In this document: one piece after another, positions 7,266-16,328 of the stretch | Position numbering within the stretch: the first letter of the stretch is position 1 | Layout of the letters: every line of letters starts with the position of its first letter | Assembly: GCA_050291445.1 (NCBI GenBank) | Contig: JBNKJW010000241.1 | Span: forward strand, 6,943 to 70,942 | DNA: 64,000 nt | Origin: Bacteroidales bacterium | GTDB taxonomy: Bacteria; Bacteroidota; Bacteroidia; Bacteroidales; NBLH01 | Reading direction: 5' to 3' | Translations under genes and position numbers: made by a program | Notes under the pieces: generated by a model | Databases searched by the model: none | Told to the model about the DNA's origin: nothing | Seen by the model: only the letters and a program-made list of their open reading frames with translations

Positions 7266-9223
7266 TGGAGCAGTACGTTATTATAGAAAAGCTAAAAGAA
7301 GCAATCAATGGGCGCAAGGTAATAGCTGCGGTATTTTACACCTTTAATTTTGATGCTCGCTTTTTCGAAAACTATTTGCTGCCAATCTTTTTACCACATG
7401 TAAATTTTTCCGATAATGAAATTCAAAACACCATACTTTGGCGCAAATATGTTAACGATTTGCCCTATGTGACTGTTTATTGCGATTTTCATGCAAAAAG
7501 TGACAATGCTCCGAATTTACCCTACCTGGTAAGAACAATAGACCTTCCAGCTGTAAATGGTCACAAAGCCTGTTTTCACCCAAAAGTTTCATTTATATTG
7601 CTTGAAGATGAGTGTTTATTGGTGCTAACTGGTTCTAATAACTTAACAGTTGGTGGTTGGTGCACAAATAGGGAAATAATAGCCATTAAAGAGCTTCAAA
7701 ATGGGAGATATTTTCCATACGAGCAAAAACACCAACTCTGGGATTTTTTGAAAACTAGCAACCAACTTAATGGAGCCGATTATTCAATTGCAGAAAAAAA
7801 CATTGATGCTTTCTATAGCAAAAGGCTGCACACTGAAAATGCCGATTTCTTTTTCTTTAATTCTGCGAAAAATTCATTTATCGATTATCTAAAAAACATT
7901 ATTATAAATGATGATGATACCCATTTTGAAAAAATAGAGGTTATTAGTCCGTATTTAACCACGGGAATTAATTTAGTTAACCAATTAACAGAAATTGTAA
8001 ATAAAGAAAACATCTATTTTAATGTTCCCTATAAAAACAGTGAAGAAGCTGAGATTACACAAGAAAACTATTATGCTTTTCAGCAGGCAGGGGTAAAATG
8101 GTCAAGATTAAAGCTTAAAGAATCAGAAAAAGGCTTTCGGTTTAATCACAGCAAAATATATCGCTTAAAAACGAGTAAAAAAGCGTACACAATTCTAGGT
8201 TCGGTAAATTTCACCGAAACTGCTTGGAAGGGAAGAAAAGATAACGGAAATCTTGAAACTGCAATTGTTTACGTTGAACCACTCGAAAACTGGCAACCTC
8301 TTTTAGAGCAATTCCACAATAATGACATCATCTTTGCAAAAGAGCAGACGGATGAAACCCATGTGGATAATCGAATGGATGCCCCTGATTTAGCGTTTAA
8401 ATTGAATTGGACTGAAAGAACGCTTGAATACAATAATTTGCCCGATTTCAAATTCTCAGGGCTCATTAAATTCATTGCAAAAAACATTGAGTTAAAAGAA
8501 GGATTAAACGCGCTAAAATTAGAGGATGCAATGCTTGAAGAGCTTGCTCAAAATCCTGCCATAAGGGTGTGGCAATACCATGTTAAACGAGAGCTGATTT
8601 ATTTTCCGGTACAGGAAGGTTTTGAGAGTAAACCAATCCCGCAAAAACTTAGATTAAAGGATGGGGAGCTTATTCAATTATGGGAAAATGTTTCGATAAA
8701 AGAAGTGAACAAATCTGAAATTGCTGGCCTTATTGAAAAGTTTATTATGGCTCGCATGAATGTCGATGGAGATTTGAAAAAGGAAACAGAGCTTTCAAAA
8801 TCAACACTTAATTTAATGGCATCGCATATTAGTGCCTTAATCCGATTGGAAGAACGCATTTTTACAGCACCAAAACTAAAACGGGATTACCTGATAGCCA
8901 AGGAGTTAATTGACTACTATCTGTTTGTCGTTAATATTGATACACTTTCAGGATATCAGGATTTGCTTGACGAAATGTATCAGGAAAAGACCATTTTACC
9001 TGGGGTCTATTGGTTCTTGTTAAATGTCCTTATTAATGATTTTTACAATTACGATAAAATAAAAAAGTTCTATAAAGAGGTAGAATGTCCTGTTAATGAT
9101 TTAAAAAACAGGATTGATGTTATAACAAAAAAAAATCAAACAATCACTGACAGACTTAAAAATGAGTTAAAAGAGGATGGCCTCAACATGGATTTATTAA
9201 AATGGATTAAAAAGGAGTTGTAA
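7265..9223 (+). CDS. phospholipase-D-family (dual HKD) nuclease with ~330-aa C-terminal extension
   Basis: HKD-1 is CFHPKVSFILL..LTGSNNLTVGGW (H105/K107, nt 7577). HKD-2 is FNHSKIYRLK..ILGSVNFTETAW (H294/K296, nt 8144). Residues 325-652 have no recognisable motif. Confidence 0.85.
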   Translation: MEQYVIIEKLKEAINGRKVIAAVFYTFNFDARFFENYLLPIFLPHVNFSDNEIQNTILWRKYVNDLPYVTVYCDFHAKSDNAPNLPYLVRTIDLPAVNGHKACFHPKVSFILLEDECLLVLTGSNNLTVGGWCTNREIIAIKELQNGRYFPYEQKHQLWDFLKTSNQLNGADYSIAEKNIDAFYSKRLHTENADFFFFNSAKNSFIDYLKNIIINDDDTHFEKIEVISPYLTTGINLVNQLTEIVNKENIYFNVPYKNSEEAEITQENYYAFQQAGVKWSRLKLKESEKGFRFNHSKIYRLKTSKKAYTILGSVNFTETAWKGRKDNGNLETAIVYVEPLENWQPLLEQFHNNDIIFAKEQTDETHVDNRMDAPDLAFKLNWTERTLEYNNLPDFKFSGLIKFIAKNIELKEGLNALKLEDAMLEELAQNPAIRVWQYHVKRELIYFPVQEGFESKPIPQKLRLKDGELIQLWENVSIKEVNKSEIAGLIEKFIMARMNVDGDLKKETELSKSTLNLMASHISALIRLEERIFTAPKLKRDYLIAKELIDYYLFVVNIDTLSGYQDLLDEMYQEKTILPGVYWFLLNVLINDFYNYDKIKKFYKEVECPVNDLKNRIDVITKKNQTITDRLKNELKEDGLNMDLLKWIKKEL

Positions 9224-9226
9224 ACA

Positions 9227-12200
9227 ATGCATTTATCAGAGGAAATAGCAAAAAAGATTATCAATCTTAATCCCTATCCTGAAAAGCAAATCATTGATTT
9301 TGACCTGGCTGAAAGGCAGTTTCAGGTTATTCTTCGGGGATTTAATTATTTGTTACAACCCGAAAATAAATTCTTGTACATTGGTGATGAAGTCGGATTA
9401 GGCAAAACTTATATTGCATTAGGAATAGCCTCACTTTTAAGATTGTATTCTGAAAGCCCTGAAACATATATTGATACGATACTCGTTCCAAAGGAGAATT
9501 TGCAATACAAATGGTTTAAAGAAATACGTAACTTTATCAGTCATAATTATTTAGAAAAAGACAACATTGTAAAATCCGTATTAAACCGTCCTGTAGGACA
9601 GCTAAAGGACAAGAGCATAAAAAAATCTCTGGCAGTCTTTGAGAAAGATCATGCCCAATATGTCATTTACCGCAATTCATCATTTAGCATTGCATCAGAT
9701 AACGAGGAAGAAGAGAACTCAATCTGGATTAGTAAGTTAACAGAAAAACTACCTGAAGAACAAAAACAACTTTTCCAACAAATTACAAAACGATTCAGAA
9801 ATAACAATAGCTTAATAAAAAGGGCATATGCCTATTTATTTAACCACACGCTGCCTGAAACAGATCTGCTTATTGTTGATGAAGCCCATAATTTCAGGCA
9901 TGGAACAGGCAAAGATGTTTCAATCAGGAATCAAACAGTTTCACGTATGTTTGGAGCTGTTCATGATGATGAGGAACTTTTCGAGTATTTTCCTCAGCTT
10001 ATAGAATTATCAAAACCAAAAGTAAAAAAGCTGCTCTTACTGTCAGCTACTCCCATAAATAATTCATTACTTGAAATAAAAAACCAATTGGATTGTTTTA
10101 TTCCTAATCATCGGTTTTCTCATTTGCCGAATGATAAAGAGGGTGAAGAATGCATAAACAAAGCTTTAAATGAGTTTATGATTCGCGGAGTAATGAATGT
10201 TAAGGTAAACAATGCTCAATATAGCAGAAACGGGTATCGGCATGAGCATCGCAACGGAAATGTCGAAATGAAAGAGTTTTCAGGGCAGCAGATTCTGAAG
10301 GACAATGCCACCTCTTTAGTGTTAAGTTTGATGCAATATAAAATAATTAAAGAACTTAAATTAAAAAGTGGGAATCAGTTTGAAATGGGAATGCTTGCTG
10401 GGTTTGAAAGCTTTCAAAAAGCAAGCTCCACCTACGAAGATGAGACCCTTTCAAGCCGAAAAGAAAAGGAAGCCAAAGATGAAGCGGTGTTAAAGCAAAT
10501 CATTGAATCATACAGTGAGACTTTTAAAAACTATCCTCCCCATCCTAAACAAGAAAGTTTGGTTGAAGAGCTTTTTCAATTAATGATCCAACGAGAAAAA
10601 TCACTGGTTTTTGTACGTCGGATTGCATCTGTCAGGGAACTTGAAAGAAAGTTGTTTAAAAAGTACAGTGATTTCCTCATTGAAAAAATCAAGAAGGTTA
10701 CAGTAGGGACAGATATTGAATCAATAAAGGTTTTACTAAGAAACTACGAGGATGAATTCGTCCGCGAAGGAATAGAAACAACATTAGATGTTCTTGAAGA
10801 AAGGATAAAATACGATTTAAAACGAGATGAAAATTACCAGCCTGATAATGGAGAGTCAATTGAGCAGATAATTTCAAAAGATTTACGTGAAATTTTTTAC
10901 TCTCTGGTTGATAACACTGAGATTAATAACTACAGGGAAGAAATAAAAAGTCATGTTGGACGTAAAAACATCAAACAGGAGTTAAAAGACATTGCAAAAG
11001 ACCTGATAATCAGAAAATGGAACAACATTCTTGTTCTTGATGAAGCTGAAGATGAGGATGATGAGAACACATTGCAGGAAAATTATCATAATGAGGAGAG
11101 GGCTCCCTATTTCTTTCAGCGATTTTTTTACAACGAAGGAAAAAAATTCAAAAACAGGAGCTATAAAAAGGACTGGTATGAACTAAACCTGGTTTTACTT
11201 AATGATAAATACAATCTGTTTGATTTAAAAAGGAAGAAAATATTATGTCAGGAATATGAGTTTTTTGATGAGCTTGTTGATGTTAAAAAATTCAAGTCAT
11301 TAACTGACAAAACAATTGAGGCAATAAAAAGTGATTTACTTACAGAATCAGAAATCAATAGCGAATTTAGAAGCAACACTTTCTTAACCGAGTTATTATT
11401 AAATTTATGCGAAGTCGAATTTTCAACATGGGTTGATTACCATAAAAAACTTATCTCAAACAGCTATTATTCGCGTTTTCTTAAAGAAATTGACTTCTTG
11501 ACTGAAATATTAAAAAGTATTTTCAGGCAGGGAAGCGGTTTATTACCGGCATTTATTGCTGAAGCAAAAACATCAAAAAAAGAAGATCCAAGAAAGGCAT
11601 TTATCAGTGAAATGAAAGACCTGTTGACTGGTGAGTTTGATTTTGTACTTGACGAAATAAAACAGGTTTTGAGAGATTATGAAAAACTCGTTGAAAGAAA
11701 TTTCGATGACAAAGATAAAATCAGATACAACCTGATTCAGCAATTACCAGTTGCCGGAATTAGCGGGCATCACAAAAAAGATGTCAGAAAATCTGCCATA
11801 CAGTTTCGCATGCCGGGTTATCCTTATGTTCTTATTACTACCGACATATTAAAAGAAGGAGAAGACCTGCATGCTTATTGCAAAAACATCTATCATTATG
11901 GTATAGCCTGGAATCCTTCCGATATGGAACAAAGAACTGGTAGAATTGATCGGGTAGACTCAATGGCCTACAGATTGATTAAAGAAGTTGAAAAGAAAGG
12001 TTTAAGTGAAATTCCGTTTCATAACAAACTCCAGGTCTTTTATCCTTATTTGGCTGATACTCTCGAAGTAAATCAGATGATAAAGTTGTTTGACGGAATG
12101 GACAAATTCATTGAAATATTTTATAATGATCTATCAGCAACAATTGAGAAAAATTCAAAAGCCAATGTGGATGATATTGTTTTGGATATTCCTGAGCAGC

Positions 12201-12739
12201 GTAAAGGTCTTTTGAAATCAAAATATGATTATGACTCATTCTCCCAGTTCTATAATGGTGAAGAACTTTGCTTAAAAAGCGCAATTGGCACAACCTTCGA
12301 TGAACTTTCTTTAAAACTGAATCAAATACTTTCAGAATTATTAAAATTTGAATACAAAGTAAAACCAGAGTTTGATTTTCATGATTTGGCTATTTCCGGT
12401 ATTATGTCTGTTAACGACAGAAATGGGCCATTTAAACTTTATTTTAATCAGAAAGAACAACCAGGTCAATTCGAGTTTAAAATGAAATCGTTGTTAGGCA
12501 AAGTACAGTTACTTGGCAAAAAGTCCAATAAACAAAAACTTGAAGAAGAAATACAATTAAGAAGTGTTGGTGAAAAAATTGAATTAGAAATAAAAGAATC
12601 AAACTCATTCGCTTATCTTACTACCTCTGCTGGTTATTCAATAGCAATAAATGAAGTAGTGGATAAACTTATTAAACTGATCAAAATAACTGATGATATT
12701 GAATATAAGATAATTGGTACTGACGAAATTCCGGAATAA
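9227..12739 (+). CDS. SNF2-like SF2 ATPase/helicase, C-lobe split by a large charged insertion
   Basis: Motif I DEVGLGKT (K60, nt 9395-9409), motif II VDEAH (218-221, nt 9878), motif III LLSATP (270-275), motif IV-like KSLVFVRRI (458-466), motif V LITTDILKEGEDL (869-881), motif VI QRTGRIDR (902-909, nt 11930). A ~350-aa E/K/D-rich insertion lies between aa ~481 and ~833. Confidence 0.85.
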   Translation: MHLSEEIAKKIINLNPYPEKQIIDFDLAERQFQVILRGFNYLLQPENKFLYIGDEVGLGKTYIALGIASLLRLYSESPETYIDTILVPKENLQYKWFKEIRNFISHNYLEKDNIVKSVLNRPVGQLKDKSIKKSLAVFEKDHAQYVIYRNSSFSIASDNEEEENSIWISKLTEKLPEEQKQLFQQITKRFRNNNSLIKRAYAYLFNHTLPETDLLIVDEAHNFRHGTGKDVSIRNQTVSRMFGAVHDDEELFEYFPQLIELSKPKVKKLLLLSATPINNSLLEIKNQLDCFIPNHRFSHLPNDKEGEECINKALNEFMIRGVMNVKVNNAQYSRNGYRHEHRNGNVEMKEFSGQQILKDNATSLVLSLMQYKIIKELKLKSGNQFEMGMLAGFESFQKASSTYEDETLSSRKEKEAKDEAVLKQIIESYSETFKNYPPHPKQESLVEELFQLMIQREKSLVFVRRIASVRELERKLFKKYSDFLIEKIKKVTVGTDIESIKVLLRNYEDEFVREGIETTLDVLEERIKYDLKRDENYQPDNGESIEQIISKDLREIFYSLVDNTEINNYREEIKSHVGRKNIKQELKDIAKDLIIRKWNNILVLDEAEDEDDENTLQENYHNEERAPYFFQRFFYNEGKKFKNRSYKKDWYELNLVLLNDKYNLFDLKRKKILCQEYEFFDELVDVKKFKSLTDKTIEAIKSDLLTESEINSEFRSNTFLTELLLNLCEVEFSTWVDYHKKLISNSYYSRFLKEIDFLTEILKSIFRQGSGLLPAFIAEAKTSKKEDPRKAFISEMKDLLTGEFDFVLDEIKQVLRDYEKLVERNFDDKDKIRYNLIQQLPVAGISGHHKKDVRKSAIQFRMPGYPYVLITTDILKEGEDLHAYCKNIYHYGIAWNPSDMEQRTGRIDRVDSMAYRLIKEVEKKGLSEIPFHNKLQVFYPYLADTLEVNQMIKLFDGMDKFIEIFYNDLSATIEKNSKANVDDIVLDIPEQRKGLLKSKYDYDSFSQFYNGEELCLKSAIGTTFDELSLKLNQILSELLKFEYKVKPEFDFHDLAISGIMSVNDRNGPFKLYFNQKEQPGQFEFKMKSLLGKVQLLGKKSNKQKLEEEIQLRSVGEKIELEIKESNSFAYLTTSAGYSIAINEVVDKLIKLIKITDDIEYKIIGTDEIPE

Positions 12740-15700
12740 TGGCAACAAACTTTCAATTCTTACAATCCGAATGGCCCGAGTTTTTCCAACGCTCAGCCAA
12801 AGCCGAAAAGTTAATGATTACCGATCCGCGCACTTCATTAACCTATGCCCGCATGGCTTTAGAACTGGCTGTTAATTGGATGTACGAAAACGACCCCGAT
12901 TTGGAATTGCCATACGATACCTCTCTGAATTCCCTCATGAAACAACATGAGTTTAAAAATCAATTTGCTCACCGACTTTACAACGACATTGACATCATTC
13001 GCAAAGTAGGCAACCTGGCCATTCATAACAAGCCGGTTTCTGCTGTCGATTCAGAAAAAATAACCACCAACCTTTTCTATTTTGCAAAATGGTTTGCCAA
13101 ATCCTACACCGAAACCGATGCAATTGAAGCAGGGCTGTTTAATTACGACATCATCCCCAAAGAAGGCGAGGCAGCTTTAAGTAAAAAACAACTCGCAAAC
13201 CTTCAGCAGCAGTTCGATAAAGATTTAAAAAGCTCGCAGGAAGAACTAAAAAAGACCCTTGCACGCAACAAAGAGCTACTGGAAGAAAACGAACTACTCA
13301 AAAAGCAATTACAAGCGCAAGCAGAAAAATTTGAGGCGCAGAAAGAAATTGCCAACCACGAGGACGAAATAAAACACCCTCGTAACGAATACGAAACAAG
13401 GAAATACATCATTGATATTGCCTTGCGTGCTGCAGGTTGGGATTTGCAGGGAGTTAACGACAAGGAGTTCAAAGTGGAGCACATGCCCCTTTCAACCAAC
13501 AAATCCGGAACCGGCTATGTAGATTACGTCCTTTGGAACGATGATGGAAAACCCCTTGCTTTGGTTGAAGCCAAAAAAACTCTGGAATCAGTAAAAAAAG
13601 GAGAAAACCAGGCTCAGTTGTATGCCGAAAGTTTAGAAAAAATGTTTGGTGTGCGCCCGGTAATGTATTACACCAATGGTTTTGAAACGTATATGTGGGA
13701 CGACCAGTTTTACAAAAAATCCCGTCCCGTACATGGTTTCTATACCAAAAGCGAGTTGCAAACCATTTTTTACAGACGCCAGCACCGAAAAGACATTCGT
13801 AAACACGAAATAGATACCCTGATAGCAGGGCGTTCGTACCAAATGCGTTCCATCAAAAGTATTGCAGAGCATTTTTCAGGAAACGACAAAGCAACAGGCA
13901 AACTAATTGGAACCAATCACGGAGCCTTATTGGTTTTAGCAACAGGAACCGGAAAAACAAGAGTCTCCATTGCTTTTAGTAAATTGATGTTCGAGGCTAA
14001 CTGGGCAAAACGCATCTTGTTTTTGGCCGACAGGGTAAGTCTGGTCAACCAGGCAAAAAGGGAATACACAAAACATTTGCCTGACCATTCCAACGTAAGT
14101 TTGTTGGAAGAAAAAGAAAATACCACCACCCGTTTGGTATTCTCCACCTATCAAACCATGATGGGCTTAATTGACGAACTAAAAGACGGCGAAGAGCACT
14201 TTTACGGCGTAGGCCATTTCGATCTAATTATTTTCGACGAAGCACACCGCTCCATTTATCGTAAATACCAGGCCATTTTCGAATATTTCGATGCCTTGTT
14301 CCTGGGCTTAACTGCCACACCAAAAGACAGCATCGATAAAAATACCTACGAAATTTTTGGCTTGGCCGATAAAAAGCCAACCGATGCCTATCCGTTTTGG
14401 GAAGCAGTAGAGAAAAAGCACCTGGTAGGTTATCGTAGTATCGAAGTGCCTACCAAGTTCCAGACCCAGGGCATCAAATACAAAGACCTTTCACCTGAAG
14501 AAAAAGAAGAATTTGAAAACGAAATACTCGATGGTGAGGAAGCAACAGGCAATGAAAGGGTTGATAAAAATGCCCTGAACAAGTGGCTGTTTAATAAAGA
14601 CACAACCATAAAAACGCTGAATTACATCCTGAAAAATGGAATCAAAAAACGGGGTGGTGAAGAAATAGGGAAAACCATCATCTTTGCACGTAACCGCAAA
14701 CATGCCGAATTCCTGAAAGACATGCTGCTTGACATGGATAAAGAGCAATACAGCAATGATTATGTAAAAGTAATCACCTACAAAGAAGAAAAAGCCGAAG
14801 AATTCATTCGTCGTTTTTGTGATGATGAAGTAGAGCGTCTGCCTCAAATTACTATTTCAGTTGACATGCTCGATACAGGAATTGATGCGCCAAGCGTAGT
14901 CAACCTGGTGTTTTACAAACCAGTAAAGTCATTTTCAAAATTCTGGCAAATGATAGGCCGTGGTTCCCGCTTGCGGCCAGATTTATTTGGCCCGGGAAAG
15001 GACAAAGATAAGTTCTTGATTTTTGATTTATGTGGCAATTTCGAATTCTTCGAAGAAAACCCCGAAGGCATTGAAACAGGCATTCAAAAAAGTCTTACCG
15101 AAATTATCTTTAACCTGAAACTACAACTGGCACAATACCTGAAAGATGGAAAGCTTCAGAAAAACGAGGAATTTCAGCAATACCGCACCAAACTACTGGA
15201 TGAATTATATTCCGACATTGCAAACCTTGACAAAGACAGGTTTGACGTAAAAATGAAATTAAAAACCGTGCTCGAATACGGCAGCGATAATCGTGAACTG
15301 TGGAATCACCTGCAAAAGAAGGATGTTCAAACCATACAGGATGAATTAGCCATACTGGTAAAACCAGCAAAAGACGATACCGACTTAGCCCGTTTTTACG
15401 ACAAGTTGTTATATACACTTATCTTAAAACGCATCGAAACACCGGTTTCCGAAGTATATTTTGATAAATATGTTGGCCAGATTTCAAGAGTAGCCAATCT
15501 CTCACAAAAGCTGTTAACGAAAACCTCCATTCCAAAAGTCAGGGAAAAAGAAGACCTGATAAAAATGCCCTTAGACGAAAACTTTTGGAAATTGGATGGC
15601 ATTACCCATTTGGAAAACATTAGGTCAGGCTTGCGCGACCTCATAAAATACATCGACAGAGAAGACCAGAAATATGCTGTAACAGATTTTGAAGACACCT

Positions 15701-16236
15701 TATATGAAGAAAATGTCAAAATAAAAGATTATGTAGGTAATGAGCCTCCGGCAAGTTACGAAAGCCCGTTTAAAAACAACATTCACCGATTAGAAGAAAT
15801 CATTCGAAAAAATCAGAACAACATCACCATAGGTCGCATTCGAAGCGGCCAGCAAATAACCAAAGAAGAATTACAATCATTGGAGTTGATGTTATTCAAT
15901 GAAAAACTAAAAAAGGAAGAAATCGAAAAAGAATTAGGAAAGCAGTTAGACCTTACTAAATTCATCATTGAACTAACAGGCCTAAGCGAAGAACACGTTA
16001 ACCTGGCCTTTGCCAATTTCATCAACACCTATCAATTAAATTCAGTACAAATTGAATTTCTGGAAACCATCAAACAATTCCTGACCAAAAACGGCAAAAT
16101 AAACCCCATGAAACTATACGACTCACCATTTAAAAAATACCATAACCTTGGCATCGAAGGCGTATTCAACAACGAACAAACTGATAAGATTTTTGAGTTG
16201 GTAGAGAGGTTGAATGGGGTTACTAAAGGTGCATAA
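12739..16236 (+). CDS. hsdR: type I restriction enzyme, endonuclease/translocase subunit R
   Basis: The ATG overlaps the helicase stop (TAATG). PD-(D/E)xK core GYVDYVLW..PLALVEAKK (D262, E277, K279), helicase motifs ATGTGKT, FDEAHR, TATP and QMIGRGSR, and an EcoEI-R-type C-terminal segment (NSVQIEFLETIKQFLTKNG). N-terminal helical module plus coiled coil (aa 1-215). Confidence 0.9.
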   Translation: MATNFQFLQSEWPEFFQRSAKAEKLMITDPRTSLTYARMALELAVNWMYENDPDLELPYDTSLNSLMKQHEFKNQFAHRLYNDIDIIRKVGNLAIHNKPVSAVDSEKITTNLFYFAKWFAKSYTETDAIEAGLFNYDIIPKEGEAALSKKQLANLQQQFDKDLKSSQEELKKTLARNKELLEENELLKKQLQAQAEKFEAQKEIANHEDEIKHPRNEYETRKYIIDIALRAAGWDLQGVNDKEFKVEHMPLSTNKSGTGYVDYVLWNDDGKPLALVEAKKTLESVKKGENQAQLYAESLEKMFGVRPVMYYTNGFETYMWDDQFYKKSRPVHGFYTKSELQTIFYRRQHRKDIRKHEIDTLIAGRSYQMRSIKSIAEHFSGNDKATGKLIGTNHGALLVLATGTGKTRVSIAFSKLMFEANWAKRILFLADRVSLVNQAKREYTKHLPDHSNVSLLEEKENTTTRLVFSTYQTMMGLIDELKDGEEHFYGVGHFDLIIFDEAHRSIYRKYQAIFEYFDALFLGLTATPKDSIDKNTYEIFGLADKKPTDAYPFWEAVEKKHLVGYRSIEVPTKFQTQGIKYKDLSPEEKEEFENEILDGEEATGNERVDKNALNKWLFNKDTTIKTLNYILKNGIKKRGGEEIGKTIIFARNRKHAEFLKDMLLDMDKEQYSNDYVKVITYKEEKAEEFIRRFCDDEVERLPQITISVDMLDTGIDAPSVVNLVFYKPVKSFSKFWQMIGRGSRLRPDLFGPGKDKDKFLIFDLCGNFEFFEENPEGIETGIQKSLTEIIFNLKLQLAQYLKDGKLQKNEEFQQYRTKLLDELYSDIANLDKDRFDVKMKLKTVLEYGSDNRELWNHLQKKDVQTIQDELAILVKPAKDDTDLARFYDKLLYTLILKRIETPVSEVYFDKYVGQISRVANLSQKLLTKTSIPKVREKEDLIKMPLDENFWKLDGITHLENIRSGLRDLIKYIDREDQKYAVTDFEDTLYEENVKIKDYVGNEPPASYESPFKNNIHRLEEIIRKNQNNITIGRIRSGQQITKEELQSLELMLFNEKLKKEEIEKELGKQLDLTKFIIELTGLSEEHVNLAFANFINTYQLNSVQIEFLETIKQFLTKNGKINPMKLYDSPFKKYHNLGIEGVFNNEQTDKIFELVERLNGVTKGA

Positions 16237-16328
16237 TCTGTCCTTTTTGAAAATAGATTTAAATGCGCAACTATTGCAAAAACTGATATGTCTAGCCTTA
16301 TACATATATAAATGGTGCTTCATTTTAG

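Noticed and set aside
9127-9135. A9 homopolymer near the 3' end of the PLD gene as a second phase-variation tract
   Set aside because: A/T runs of 7-9 are frequent throughout this AT-rich window (for example T7 and A7 in the helicase gene). A frameshift here would remove only the last ~30 aa. This is not distinguishable from background.
5506-12739. Assigning the nested cassette to DISARM
   Set aside because: PLD and SF2 helicase are present, but there is no DUF1998-type Cys-rich DrmB, no second DrmA-type helicase and no dedicated methyltransferase within the cassette. The gene order and the extra GIY-YIG/383-aa genes also do not fit. I kept it as unassigned pending HMM searches.
13203-15719. 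Several 70-118-aa antisense ORFs within hsdR (for example 13203-13502, 14491-14847, 15110-15418, 15396-15719)
   Set aside because: All lie opposite well-supported helicase and nuclease coding sequence. No independent evidence supports them, so I treated them as shadow ORFs.
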